Source: Eutreptiella sp. 'Long Island Sound 2002' (lineage: Eukaryota; Protista; Euglenida). From it: DNA of 64,000 nucleotides. This document shows, one piece after another, positions 12,523 through 26,425 of the stretch (its first letter is position 1; each line of letters begins with the position of its first letter). Below the pieces are notes generated by a model. It was not told the DNA's origin and made no database searches. It saw only the letters and a program-made list of their open reading frames with translations. Location of the stretch: positions 171,306,001 through 171,370,000 of the forward strand of contig OZ038378.1 of assembly GCA_964036045.1 (NCBI GenBank), given 5' to 3'. A program made the position numbers and the translations under genes.

Positions 12523-15500
12523 CTGCATCAAATGCATGCAACATTGTAAGGGGCTGGTCTGAGTGCCACACAATACGTACTGGAAAACAGGCATGCTGCA
12601 CCCGACAAGTGGCACCCCATGATAGTTTGTGTTTTCGCAACCGCATCTTGGGGAAGAGGGTCCACAAAGGATGGTAGGTCACCGTGTATTACAGCTGGTG
12701 CCCAGTGCAATGTCTTTTGTATGACAGTGTGTGGCAGTGTGTGTTGTCCATGGGGGCTGGGGAGTCAACACAGCCCCTATGACCCTGCATCTCCACGTCC
12801 CTGTGGTACCCGCAGAAAAAGATGGCAGGAGAATTTTTTTCATTCTGATATTTTGACTGTGGGGGTAAAATCTTCTTTTACCATTCACCAAAATTGCAAA
12901 ATAGCAGGGCATGCCAACAGACAGACAACTGAATCAGCAAAGGCACCTGGATAACCACAATCTTTCCAACACAAAATAAAATAGGTGCGTAACTGCGGGC
13001 CTAATACTCATATTTGAATTCTCCATTCAAATCTGAGCATTTTGGGTATAAACACATTGGGTGCAAAAAAAAAAAACCGCCTACCCTGTCCACAGCCACA
13101 GGAGCCGAAAAAATTTTCAGGGCACCGTTGGCACCTAAACTGGTTGCTCCCCATTGTACAATGCAAAACAAAATGGGTAGGTAGGTGCAAGCCCATTACT
13201 CATACTTAAATTCTCCGTTCAAATCTGAGCATTTTGGAAAGATAAACATTGGATTGAAAAAGTGTTCTGCCCTTGTCCACAGAGCAAGGAAAAATTCTGG
13301 GCCCCGCTGGCGCCCAGATGGTTGTTCCCATTGTTGTTGTTGGGGGGGGGGGGGGGCTTGGAATCCGCGGCCTGACACATAAGCCCCCCCATGGACATTA
13401 GAGGAAGGGCAGAGTAAACCCGAAGGCGGAGTAAACCCGGTGCAAAGCCCTGAACAGCAGGGCCTTTTGGGAGGGCATGGTAATGGTGTCCGGTGCAAGC
13501 ACCTTCGGCGTGAAACACCGGAGGCACTGGGTGTTTCCAGGAGCACTGGGATTTTTCGTGCTAGTGGGCGCCCCGGTCCCCTATCTGTCCCCCCTTGGGC
13601 CCTAGCATAGTCACCCATCGATGAGGTGCCTCTCGGGGCGTAGCCCGGGGTATTCCCCCCCGCCTCCCCCACCTCAGTCCCCACACTGGGACCCAGGAGG
13701 GAGGGAGGGAGGCAGGGAAAGGGGATGGAGAGGAGAGGAATCTACAATGTGGGGCCGGGTGAGAGTTGGGGGGGGCACCCTGCCCATGCCCCTGCACCCC
13801 AGGCTACCCCTGCAGGCCACGTCCTGGAAGACACCTCAACTACAGGTGACTCAACTGTGTCATGCGAGTCTGCATGACAGTCATGCACCTAATTGGTTGC
13901 ATGGTCTGTCACCCAGGGATGGCCCCGCTTAAAGCACAAAGCCCTTCCCTTCCCTACCTGACCCCCCTTTCTCCCCCTCACCACCCTCCATATCCAGTCC
14001 AGTCAGGGAGGGGGCGGGGGGGGGGGGGGGTGGCTGGGTGGCTCGGTAAGAGTGCTAGTTGTAGGCCTGTGAGCTCACTACCACTGTACTCACCAACTCA
14101 CCACCAGAGCCCGGGAAAACAGGCAGAATGGGGGAAATGGGGTGGAAATGAGAGAAGACAGGGTGAAATGGGAGGAAATGGCCAAATGAAGTATTGTAAA
14201 CAGAGAACAAATAAAACAACTGATGGTTAAATTTTCGGGAAATAAGGGAAAATGAGGGGGAAGTGGGTGAAAATTTCTCAATTTCCCCTCAGTTTTCCGC
14301 ATCTCCCCCCCCCCAAATGTCCACCCCGCTGTTGCCTGATTGAAAAACTGCTGACCACCACTCACCGACGGAAAAACGGGAAAAATGTGAACTCACCACA
14401 CTCAGAGAAAAATCGATGAGGTTACATCCCTGTACTTGGTGCTTCCCAGCGGGGGAGGGGGGGGGGCGGGTAAAGGCTGGTATTCGCGGTTCAACACGTG
14501 GGGCATAGAGGCCCCCAAATCTGCGGCCATGCAGTTCGTGTCGTCCTGGGGGGCTCTAAAGGGCCTGGTCAAGGGAGCCGCTGTTTTTTTTTGGTGTGTG
14601 TGGGGGGGGGGGGGGGGGCGTCTGGCCAAGGGCCTCTAAACCTCGCCCCCCCCCCCTTCATAAGCGAAAGTCCGGGAGCTTCTGTCCCCCTGTCATGAAG
14701 CCACATTTCTGTGCCCAGAAGCGCCTGGATCTCTGCGCTGTATGGGTCGTGAGTGGCTTGAGTGGGGGCATCACCTGTGAAATTCGTGACAGATCCCGCA
14801 CGTTGAAAGTGTAGTGGAACTTGGCAGGAGTGGGCAGCATCTTGGCCTGGATTTTCTTCCAGAAATTGATGGTGGTGCTGGTGATCTTCTCTGCAAGAGC
14901 TTGCACCTAAATGAAAACATGGTTTACAGCAATAAGAAGCGCAACGGGGAAAGTGGGTATGGGTGCCATAATTGCTGAGTAAGTATGAGGGGGGGGGGGG
15001 GGGGGGGCTGGAAATGCCAAAACGGCACCTGTCCCAGGGGCAGGTCCGTGTTGCCACGGCATGAATTGCAAGAAACGATGAATGATGCAAGCATATTTCA
15101 GCAAACGAGGGACAAACGGAGAAAACAAGTGAACAGTAACAATATTTTCAACCTATCTAATGTTCCGATTCCTCCGTGTTTTGGCAATGAATCGGCAAAA
15201 TCCAAGAAACCAACAAATCGGCAGAACAAATCGGCGAAGTCGGCCAAATTCAGCCGCCGATTTGGGGGGGTTGGGGGGGGTGGGGGTGGCACTTCCCCTC
15301 CAACCACCACCCAATGCCCTTGATCTACTGGTCTTGCCTATCCTCACCTCCGTGCATTCCCTTCCTTTCCCTTGGTAGGTTGTGCAAACAGAGCCCGAGG
15401 ACTGTCCCTGTTTCATTGCTCTGTGCCCGGGTCCACACAGAGGAGGGCGATGGCCCTCGCCATTGGCCAGGTGCGTCCAGGCAGATACCCTATACCGGTG

Positions 15501-16714
15501 GTGGTGGAGGGATGTCTACATGCGGGGTCACTTCCCCAACAGGGGCACACAACAACCTTAGACCTGTGCTTTCCCGCGCCCAACCCTACTTCTGGCAAAT
15601 GCATGCGAGGGGGGGGGTAGGGGCGGAGGGGCAAGAAACAAAGGCGGGGTGTGTGCCATTTTAGGGGCTATGCAGTGGTTTGCTTGGAGGCCGGGGGGGG
15701 GGGGGGGTGCCGTCAAGGCTGCATGAATATGCCGGTTGGTACGTCCGGGTGTACATACTTGTTCACCTTTCGAGGAAGGAATCCCCTGCGTGGCCAACCC
15801 CAAACCCCAGGGAAAATTACTTTTATGCGGGGGCTGCACTGGGGATGGGGCAGCACATCCGTGGAGCCCTGTCTGGGCGCACCCTAGTCTTAGTTTAGGC
15901 GCCTTCCATGACAATGCCCCTGCGCCCCTTCCTTGGTCATCGGGCCGAGTGCTGGACGCTCCACCGGGTTGGCGGCAGGGTACGGGGGGAAACCAGGGCC
16001 CTACCTCCGGTGTGTAGTGCGGGCCCTCGCGCTTGTCCACTTGCGAGAAACGGCTCGAGAAGATCACTCCGAAGATCTGCTGCAGCGATGTGTCGGTGGG
16101 CAAGGGGACGTTGAAGACGGAGAAGGAGAAGTGGCGCTTGAGGCGGTTGGGGATGTCGTTCTTGCCACCCGTGGGATGGGACATAGCGGAGATGTACTGC
16201 ATGTCCACCAACGTCTTGAACTCCCCGGGTTTGTCGAGTGAGTACAGCCCCTTCATTTCAAACACCTGACCACAAAGGGAAAGTCGGCGAAGGGGGGCTT
16301 GCCCAGAAAGGGAGGAGAGGAGGGGGGGGGGGGGGTCCGGGCTAGCATTTCCACTGGACATGCAGCTGTTTTCTGCAGCAGTCGCAGGCAGCGGTTAGGC
16401 GATTAAAGAAGGCGGTATTGATGAGTGTTGACTCAGTCAAGGCAGACATTCATCACAATTTCTATGCGTCAGTCACGTCACGTCACGTCAGTCGCCAGTA
16501 AAATTCCAGCCAGTCAACTCCGTCAAGTCGCATCAAAGAAAACCTTAGTCAAGTGGCCACGGGGCCATTGGTTCGAGCTGGAGTCTGATGGGAGACCTAC
16601 ACATGCGTCCTTTCTAGTCATAACGGCTGCCAGGTGCGGCTGATGCACGGGGGGCGACTCCTTGGTTGTGGACGCCAACTACCCCCACACTGACCGTTGG
16701 CCGGAGGCCCTTGG

Positions 16715-16747
<33 letters not shown>

Positions 16748-19700
16748 CTTGGAGGAGGGGTTCTGGGAAGGGCAGTGGGGGGGGGGGGGTCAGGATGGTG
16801 CTGGGGGGGGGGTCCGGGAGGGTCGGTTGGGGGGGGAGGGATGTCCAGGTGGGGTGACTTGGGGGGGGGGGGGGATGCCCCCAAGGCCAAGCGTTGATCA
16901 ATCAGAGACTCCCCTTACCTCCCCTTGCCCTCCCTCTAACCATACCATCCCCCTAAACCTAACCCCAACCTTTGCAGCGAGCTGGTTTGGCCATGGCTGA
17001 ACAAGATGCCCCAAATCACCTCGCAGAGGTTGTTAGATCAAAGCCAAGCAGGCGTATATATGGGGAAAACGCCACATACCCCCCCATTTTGGCCTTTTTG
17101 GGCCTATTCGCGTACCCTACCCCAAGGGGTTGAATTGTTATTTTAACCCCTTGTAAAATCATTATTTTGTCCAATAAAACGCATCCCCAATGATTTTTTG
17201 GTCCCGGACCCCCCCAGACCCCCCCCACTTGAAACCCACTTTTTTGAGCTTTTGAGGGAGGGGGGGGAGGGTGGGGGGGGGGTGGGGGTGGGGGTGGGGG
17301 TCAAAAAAATGACCCCCCCTTTTTTTGGGTCGAAAATCACGAATCGTTTGGTTTTTTCGATTTTGAGCCGAAAAAGTGTTTCCGGGTCCCGACTCTATGG
17401 GGTTTGTATGGGCCGGAGTGGGACGAGCGCTTATGCAGTTTATGCACTTTTCAGCCATTTTTGCTATGTTGCCGGTTTTGGCGACCTTGGTGACCCCGTG
17501 GTACCCACTCTGAGGGCTGTGAGTGGGGATGTTGTGACAGTATATGCCTCCCAGGATACGGAAGGACGTTTTTTTGCAGTCTCTAGCCTTGCTTATGGCC
17601 GTTCACAACCCGTGCCAAAGACGCGAAATGGCTGTTTCTGCCAATATTCGCCTCGTGAATGGGCCGGGACACAACCTGCTGATGCAGTTTTTCACCCCGG
17701 ACAGCTCAAAAATCGAAGTTTTTGAAACTTGTTTTTTTGATATTGTGACCACACAATATGACCATCCAAGGTATGTAAAGCATTTTTTAGGCCGTATTTG
17801 GGTGTTTTTCACCCGATTTGGGTATTAGGTCCGGGGGGGGGGGGGGGGTCTCCCAAGGGATTGGTACACAACCTGCTTATGCAGCTTTTCCCCCTGGACA
17901 GCTCAAAAATCGAAGTTTTCGAAACTTGTTTTTTTTGATATTGTGACCACCTAAGCTGACCATCCAAGCTATGTAAAGTATGTTTTAGGCCGTATTTATG
18001 TGTTTTTCACCCGATTTGGGTATTAGGTCCGGGGGGGGGGTCTCCCAAGGGATTGGTACACAACCTGCTCATGCAGTTTTTCACCCTGGGCAGCTCAAAA
18101 ATCGAAGTTTTCAAAACTTGTTTTTTTGATATTGTAACCACACAATATGACCATCCAAGGTATGTAAAGCATGTTTTAGGCCGTATTTACGTGTTTTTCT
18201 CCTGTTTGGGTATTGGGTGGGGGGGGGGGGGGGGTCCTCCCAAGGGGTTGGTACACAACTTGCTTATGCAGTCTTTCACCCCCGGACAGCTAAAAATCGA
18301 AGTTTTCGGAACTTGTTTTTTTGATATTGTGACCACCCAAAATGACCATCCAAGGTATGTAAAGCATGTTTTAGGCTGTATTTACGTGTTTTTCTCCCTA
18401 TTTGGGTATTGGGTGGGGGGGGGGGGGGGTCCTCCCAAGGGGTTGGTAAACAACCTGCTGATGCAGTTTTTCACCCCGGACAGCTCAAAAATCGAAGTTT
18501 TCGGAACTTATTTTTTTGATACCGTGATCACCTAAAATGATCATCCAAGGTATGTAAAGCATGTTTTAGCCCGTATTTATGTAGTTTCCACCCTATTTGG
18601 GGTGTATGTTGGTCAGGGTAGATTCTCTGCGAGGTGGACTTGCCGAAGGCAATAGAATTTTATCATGCCACCCTCCCCCCTTTTCAGCAGGCCATTCGGG
18701 TGTGGTGCCCTCTGGGCCCCCTCGTCTACGCGGGCTGTAGCGCCGCAGCCAGTGCAGCCAGCACCGGTGGCACCCTGGGCAGGGAAGCACTCTCTGCGCC
18801 CTGGTGCCCCTCCACCTGCCTGGGGTACGCCCTTGGCCGTGGGGAGCCGGACCCAGCCCGCGTGGCAGCACCACCTGTGCCGAAGGCAGTCAAGGAGTGC
18901 GGGTCTGACCCCAGTCGTGCCACGTACCACCGCCTTCCCGTGCCAACAGGCAGTCGTGGAGCGGTTGGGTAGCTTGTCTTTGTGATGTGGAGGTTGCGAG
19001 CCCAGGCCCACATCTGTTTTTGCTTTTTGATCTGTAGGTCAGTGCTATCGACCAGGATAACTACCCGGAGCATCTGGTGCGATGCTTCATTATCAATGCC
19101 GGCCGAATTGCAAAGTACGGGTGGAAGCTGATTCCCCGTTTTTGGATGCAAATACCAAGGAGAAGGTGCGCATTTTCGATGGGGATTACGCAGAAGAGGT
19201 GTGCAGCTAGTTGCTCAGAGGGCGGAAAGCATCACCATTGCACAGCGTCGCCTCTGTGTTCCCTTACCAGGTGGGGCTTTAATTAGGGCCTGAAAAAGTT
19301 GATATGGACAAATCACCTCGCAGAGGTTGTTAGATCAAAGCCAGGCAGGCGTATATATGGGGAAAACGCCACATACCCCCCCATTTTGGCCTTTTTGGGC
19401 CTATTCGCGTACCCTACCCCAAGGGGTTGAATTGTTAGTTTAACCCCTTGTAAAATCATTATTTGTCCAATAAATGCATCCCCCAATGAGTTTTTGGTCC
19501 GGACCCCCCCAGACCCCCCCCACTTGAAACCCACTTTTTGAGGTTTTGAGGGAGGGGGTGGGGGTGGGGGTGGGGGGGGGGGTGGGGGGGGGGTCAAAAA
19601 ATGACCCCCCTTTTTTTGGGTCCAAAATCATGAATCTTTTGGTTTTTTTCGATTTTGAGCCGAAAAAGTGTTTCCGGGTCCCGACTCTATGGGGTTTGTA

Positions 19701-22700
19701 TGGGCCGGAGTGGGACGAGCGCTTATGCAGTTTATGCACTTTTCAGCCATTTTTGCTATGTTGGTGGTTTTGGCGACCTTGGTGACCCCGTGGTACCCAC
19801 TCTGAGGGGTGTGAGTGGGGATGTTGTGACAGTATATGCCTACTAGGATACGGAAGGACGTTTTTTGCAGTCTGTAGCTTTGCCGAGGGCCGGTCAAATG
19901 TCCGTGCCAAAGACGCGAAATGGCTATTTCCACCAATAAAGGCCTAGTGAATGGGCCGGGACACAACCTGCTTATGCAGTTTTTCACCCCGGACAGCTCA
20001 AAAATGGAAGTTTTCGAACTTTGTTTTTTTGACATTGTGACCACTCAAAATGATCATCCAAGGTATGTAAAGCATGTTTTAGGCCATGTTTACATGTTCT
20101 TCACCCTATTTGGGTATTGGCCGCATGGGGGGGGGGTCTCCCAAGAGATTGGTACACAACCTGCTTATGCAGTTTTCCACCCTAGGCAGCTCAAAAATCG
20201 AAGGTTTCGAAATCTGTTTTTTTGATATTGTGGCCACCTAAAATGACCATCCAAGGTATGTAAGGCATGTTTTAGGCTGTATTTACATGTTTTTCACCCT
20301 ATTTGGGTATTAGGTTCGGGGGGGGGGGGGGGGGGTCCTCCCAAGGGATTGGTACACAACCTGCTTATGCAGTTTTTCACCCTGGGCAGCTCAAAAATCG
20401 AAGTTTACGAAACTTATGTTTTTGATGTTGTGATCACCTAAAATGACCATCCAAGCTATGTAAAGCATATTTTAGCTTGTATTTATATAGTTTTTACCCT
20501 ATTTAGGGTGTGTTTTGCCTGGGGTAGATTCTCTGCGAGGTGGACTTGCCGAAGGCAATAGAATCACCTCGCAGAGGTTGTTAGATCAAAGCCAGGCAGG
20601 CGTATATAGGGGAAACGCCACATACCCCCCCATTTTGGCCATTTTGTGGCTATTCGCGTACCCTACCCCAAGGGGTTGAATTGTTAGTTTAACCCCTTGT
20701 AAAATCATTATTTTGTCCAATAATCGCATCCCCCAATGAGTTTTTGGTCCGGACCCCCCCAAGACCCCCCCCACTTGAAACCCACTTTTTTCAGGTTTTG
20801 AGGGAGGGGGGTGGGGGTGGGTGGGGGTGGGGGGGGTCAAAAAATGACCCCCCTTTTTTTTGGGTCGAAAATCATGAATCTTTTGGTTTTTTTCGATTTT
20901 GAGCCGAAAAAGTGTTTCCGGATCCCGACTCTATGGGGTTTGTATGGGGCGGAGTGGGACGAGCGCTTATGCAGTTTATGCACTTTTCAGCCATTTTTGC
21001 TATGTTGCCGGTTTTGGCGACCTCGGTGACCCCGTGGTACCCACTTTGAGGGGTGCGAGTGGGGATGTTGTGACAGTATATGCCTCCCAGGATACGGAAG
21101 GACGTTTTTTGCAGTCTCTAGCCTTGCCTAGGGCCGTTCACAACCCGTGCCAAAAACGCGAAATGGCTATTTCACACAATAATGGCCTAGTGAATGGGCC
21201 GGTACACAACCTGCTGATGCAGTTTTTCACCCCGGACAGCTCAAAAATGGAAGTTTTCGAAACTTGTTTTTTTGATGTTGTGACCACCTAAAATGACCAT
21301 CCAAGGTATGTAAAGCATGTTTTAGGCCGTTACGTGTTTTTCACCCCATTTGGGTATTATGTCCGGGGGGGGGGGGGGGGTCCTCCCAAGGGATTGGTAC
21401 ACAACCTGCTGATGCAGTTTTTCACCCCGGACAGCTCAAAAATCAAAGTTTTTGAAACTTGTTTTTGTGATATTGTGACCACCCAAAATGACCATCCAAG
21501 GTATGTAAAGCATGTTTTAGGCCGTATTGACGTGTTTTTCACCCTATTTGGGTATCAGGTCCGGGGGGGGGGGGGGGGGGGGCTCCTAGGGGATTGGTAC
21601 ACAACCTGCTTATGCAGTTTTTCACCCCGGACAGCTCAAAAATGGAAGTTTTTGAAACTTGTTTTTGTGATATTGTGACCACCTAAAATGACCATCCAAG
21701 GTATGTAAAGCATGTTTTAGGCCGTATTTACGTGTTTTTCACCCCATTTGGGTTTTAGGTCCAAGGGGGGGGGGGGGTCTCCCAAGGGATTGGTACACAA
21801 CCTGCTTATGCAGTTTTTCACCCCGGAAAGCTCAAAAATGGAAGTTTTTGAAACTTGTTTTTCTGATATTGTGACCACCCAAAATGATCATCCAAGGTAT
21901 GTAAAGCATTTTTTAGGCCGTATTTACATCTTTTTCACCCTATTTGGGTATTAGGTCCCGGGGGTGGGGGGGGGGGGTCTCCCAAGGGATTGGTACACAA
22001 CTTGCTAGTGCAGTTTTTCACCCTGGGCAGCTCAAAAATCGAAGTTTTCGAAACTTGTTTTTTTGATATTGTGACCACCTAAAATGATCATCCAAGGTAT
22101 GTAAAGCATGTTTTAGCCGGTATTTATGTAGTTTCCACCCTATTTGGGGTGTATGGGGCGGAGTGGGACGAGCGCTTATGCAGTTTATGCACTTTTTCAG
22201 CCATTTTTGCTATGATGGCGGTTTCGGCGACCTCGGTCACCCCGTGGTATCCACTTTGAGGGGTGTGAGTGGGGATGTTGTGACAGTATCTGCCTCCTAG
22301 TATACGGAAGGACGGTTTTTGCAGTCTCTAGCCTTGCTTAGGGCCGTTCACAACCCGTGCCAAAAACGCAAAATGGCTCTTTCCACCAATAATGGCTTAG
22401 TGAATGGGCTGGTACACAACCTGCTTATGCAGCAGATCAACCCGGACAGCTCAAAAATGGAAGTTTCCGAAACTTACTTTTTTGACATCGTGATCACCTA
22501 AAATGACCATCCAAGCTATGTAAAGCATGTTTTAGGCCGTATTTACGTGTTTTTCACCCGATTTGGGTATTAGGTCCGGGGGGGGGGGGTCTTCCAAGGG
22601 ATTGGTACACAACCTGCTTATGCAGTTTTTCACCTTGGAAAGCTCGAAACTCGAAGTTTTCATAACTTGTTTTTTTGATATTGTGATCACTTAAAATGAC

Positions 22701-25700
22701 CATCCAAGCTATGTAAAGCATGTTTTAGCCCGTATTTATGTAGGCTTTACCCTATTTTGGGTGTGTGTTGCTTGGGGTTGAATCTCTGCGAGGTGGACTT
22801 GCCGAAGGCAATAGAATTTCATTCATGGCTGCTTTTGCCACATCATTGCTCTCCATTTTGGACCCCAACACGAACTCTGACCCTAGCCCAAGGGGGGGGG
22901 GGGGGTGACCCCCCTAGACCCCCCCCCTCCTCCCTTCCAATGTTTGAGGCTGACAGCCAAAATCACCTCGCAGAGGTTGTTAGATCAAAGCCAGGCAGGC
23001 GTATATATGGGGAAAACGCCACATACCCCCCCATTTGGGCCTATTCGCGTACCCTACCCCAAGGGGTTGAATTGTTAGTTTAACCCCTTGTAAAATCATT
23101 ATTTTGCCCAATAAACGCATCCCCCAATGAGTTTTTGGTCCGGACCCCCCCAAGACCCCCCCCACTTGAAACCCACTTTTTAGGGGGGGGTGGGGGGGGG
23201 GGGGGTCAAAAATGTCGAAAAAATGACCCCCCCTTTTTTTGGGTCCAAAATCATGAATCTTTTGGTTTTTTTCGATTTTGAGCCGAAAAAGTGTTTCCGG
23301 GTCCCGACTCCATAGGGTTTGTATGGGGCGGAGTGGGACGAGCGCTGATGCAGTTTATGCACTTTTCAGCCATTTATGGTATGTTGGCGGTTTTGGCAAC
23401 CTCGGTGAACCCGTGGTACCCACCCTGAGGGGTGCGAGTGGGGATGTTGTGACAGTATATGCCTACTAGGATACGAGAGGACGTTTTTTGCAGTCTCTAG
23501 CCTTGCTTATGGCCGTTCACAACCCGTGCCAAAGACGCGAAATGGCTGTTTCCACCAATAATGGCCTAGTGAATGGGGGGGTACGAAACCTGCTTATGCA
23601 GTTTTTCAACCCGGACAGCTCAAAAATGGAAGTTTTCGAAACTTGTTTTTTTGATATTGTGACCACCCAAAATGACCATCCAAGCTATGTAAAGCATGTT
23701 TTAGCCGTATTTACGTGTTTTTCACCCTATTTGGGTATTAGGTCCGGGGGGGGGGGGGGGGGGTCCTCCCAAGGGGTTGGTACACAACCTGCTTATGCAG
23801 CTTTTCCCCCTGGACAGCTCAAAAATCGAAGTTTTCGAAACTTGTTTTTTTGATATTGTGACCACCTAAAATGACCATCCAAGCTATGTAAAGCATGTTT
23901 TAGGCCGTATTTACGTGTTTTTCACCCGATTTGGGTCTTAGGTCTAGGGGGGGGGGGGGTCTCCCAAGGGATTGGTACACAACCTGCTTATGCAGTTTGT
24001 CACCGTGGGCAGCTCAAAAATCGAAGTTTTTGAAACTTGTTTTTCTGATATTGTGACCACCCAAAATGATCATCCAAGGTATGTAAAGCATGTTTTAGGC
24101 CGTATGTACATCTTTTTCACCCTATTTGGGTATTAGGTCCCGGGGGTGGGGGGGGGTCTCCCAAGGGATTGGTACACAACTTGCTAGTGCAGTTTTTCAC
24201 CCTGGGCAGCTCAAAAATCGAAGTTTTCGAAACTTGTTTTTTTGATACCGTGATCACCTAAAATGATCATCCAAGGTATGTAAAGCATGGTTTAGCCGGT
24301 ATTTATGTAGTTTCCACCCTATTTTGGGTGTGTGTTGCTCGCGGTAGATTCTCTGCGAGGTGGACTTGCCGAAGGCAATAGAATCACCTCGCAGAGGTTG
24401 TTAGATCAAAGCCAGGCAGGCGTATATATGGGGAAAACGCCACATACCCCCCCCATTTTGGCCTTTTTGGGCCTATTCGCGTACCCTACCCCAAGGGGTT
24501 GAATTGTTGGTTTAACCCCTTGTAAAATCATTATTTTGCCCAATAAACGCATCCCCCAATGAGTTTTTGGTCCGGACCCCCCCAGACCCCCCCCACTTGA
24601 AACCCACTTTTTTCAGGTTTTGAGGGAGGGGGGGGGGTGGGGGGGTGGGGGGGGGGGGGTGGGGGGGGGTCAAAAAATGACCCCCCCTTTTTTTGGGTCG
24701 AAGATCATGAATCTTTTGGTTTTTTTCGATTTTGAGCCGAAAAAGTGTTTCCGGATCCCGACTCCATAGGGTTTGTATGGGCCGGAGTGGGACGAGCGCT
24801 TATGCAGTTTATGCACTTTTTCAGCCATTTTTGCTATGTTGGCGGTTTTGGCGACCTCGGTGACCCCGTGGTATCCACTTTGAGGGGTGTGAGTGGGGAT
24901 GTTGTGACAGTATCTGCCTCCTAGTATACGGAAGGACGTTTTTGCAGTCTCTAGCCTTGCTTAGGGCCTTTCACAACCCGTGCCAAAAACGCAAAATGGC
25001 TCTTTCCACCAATAATGGCTTAGTGAATGGGCCGGGACACAACCTGCTGATGCAGTTTTTTACCCTGGACAGCTCAAAAATCGAAGTTTCCGAAACTTAC
25101 TTTTTTGACATCGTGATCACCTAAAATGACCATCCAAGCTATGTAAAGCATGTTTTAGGCTGTATTTACGTGTTTTTCACCCGATTTGGGTATTAGGTCC
25201 GGGGGAGGGGTCTTCCAAGGGATTGGTACACAACCTGCTTTATGCACTTTTTCACTATGGGGAGCTCGAAACTCGAAGTTTTCGAAACTTGTTTTTTTGA
25301 TGTTGTGACCACTTAAAATGACCATCCAAGCTATGCAAAGCATGTTTTAGGCCGTATTTGCGTGTTTTTCACCCTATTTGGGTGTTAGGTCCGGGGGGGG
25401 GGGGTCTCCCAAGGGACGGGTGCACAACCTGCTTATGCAGTTTTTCAACCCGGACAGCTCAAAAATCGAAGTTTTTGAAACTTTTTTTTTTGATATTGTA
25501 ACCACACAATATGACATTTCAAGCTATGCAAAGCATATTTTAGGCCGTATTTACGTGTTTTTCACCCTATTTGGGTGTTGGGTCCGGGGGGGGGGTGTCT
25601 CCCAAGGGACGGGTGCACAACCTGCTTATGCAATTTTTCAACCCGGACAGCTCAAAAATCGAAGTTTTCGAAACTTGTTTTTTTGATATTGTGACCACCT

Positions 25701-26368
25701 AAAATGACCATCCAAGCTATGGAAAGCATGTTTTAGGCTGTATTTACGTGTTTTTCACCCTATTTGGGTATCAGGTCGGGGGGGGGGGGGGGGCTCCCAA
25801 GGGACGGGTGCACAACCTGCTTATGCAGTTTTTCACCCCGGACAGCTCAAAAATGGAAGTTTTTGAAACTTGTTTTTTTGATATTGTGATCACCTAAAAT
25901 GACCATCCAAGGTATGTAAAGCATGTTTTAGGCCGTAATTACGTGTTTTTCACCCGATTTGGGTATTAGGTCCAAGGGGGGGGGGGTCTCCCAAGGGATT
26001 GGTACACAACCTCCTGATGCAGTTTGTCACCCTGGGCAGCTCAAAAATCGAAGTTTTCGAAACTTGTTTTTTTGATATTGTGACCACCTAAAATGATCGT
26101 CCAAGGTATGTAAAGCATGTTTTAGCCGGTATTTATGTAGTTTCCACCCTATTTTGGGTGTGTGTTGCTCGCGGTAGATTCTCTGCGAGGTGGACTTGCC
26201 GAAGGCAATAGAATTTTGCTTCGAAGAGGATTTGACCTTAAAAAATTTTGGCCCGCCTTTGGCGGGTATGATAGGGGGACCAGGAGGAGGGGTGTCCAGC
26301 CAAACCCCCTGCCCCCCCTTCTAATACATCCCTGGACCCCCTCCCCTGCGTGCACACGCACACACGCA

Positions 26369-26425
<57 letters not shown>

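Noticed and set aside
18658-19312. GC-rich ORF-bearing spacer between Helitron-like insertions as captured gene cargo
   Set aside because: It lies outside the element termini, and the ORFs have no recognisable similarity.
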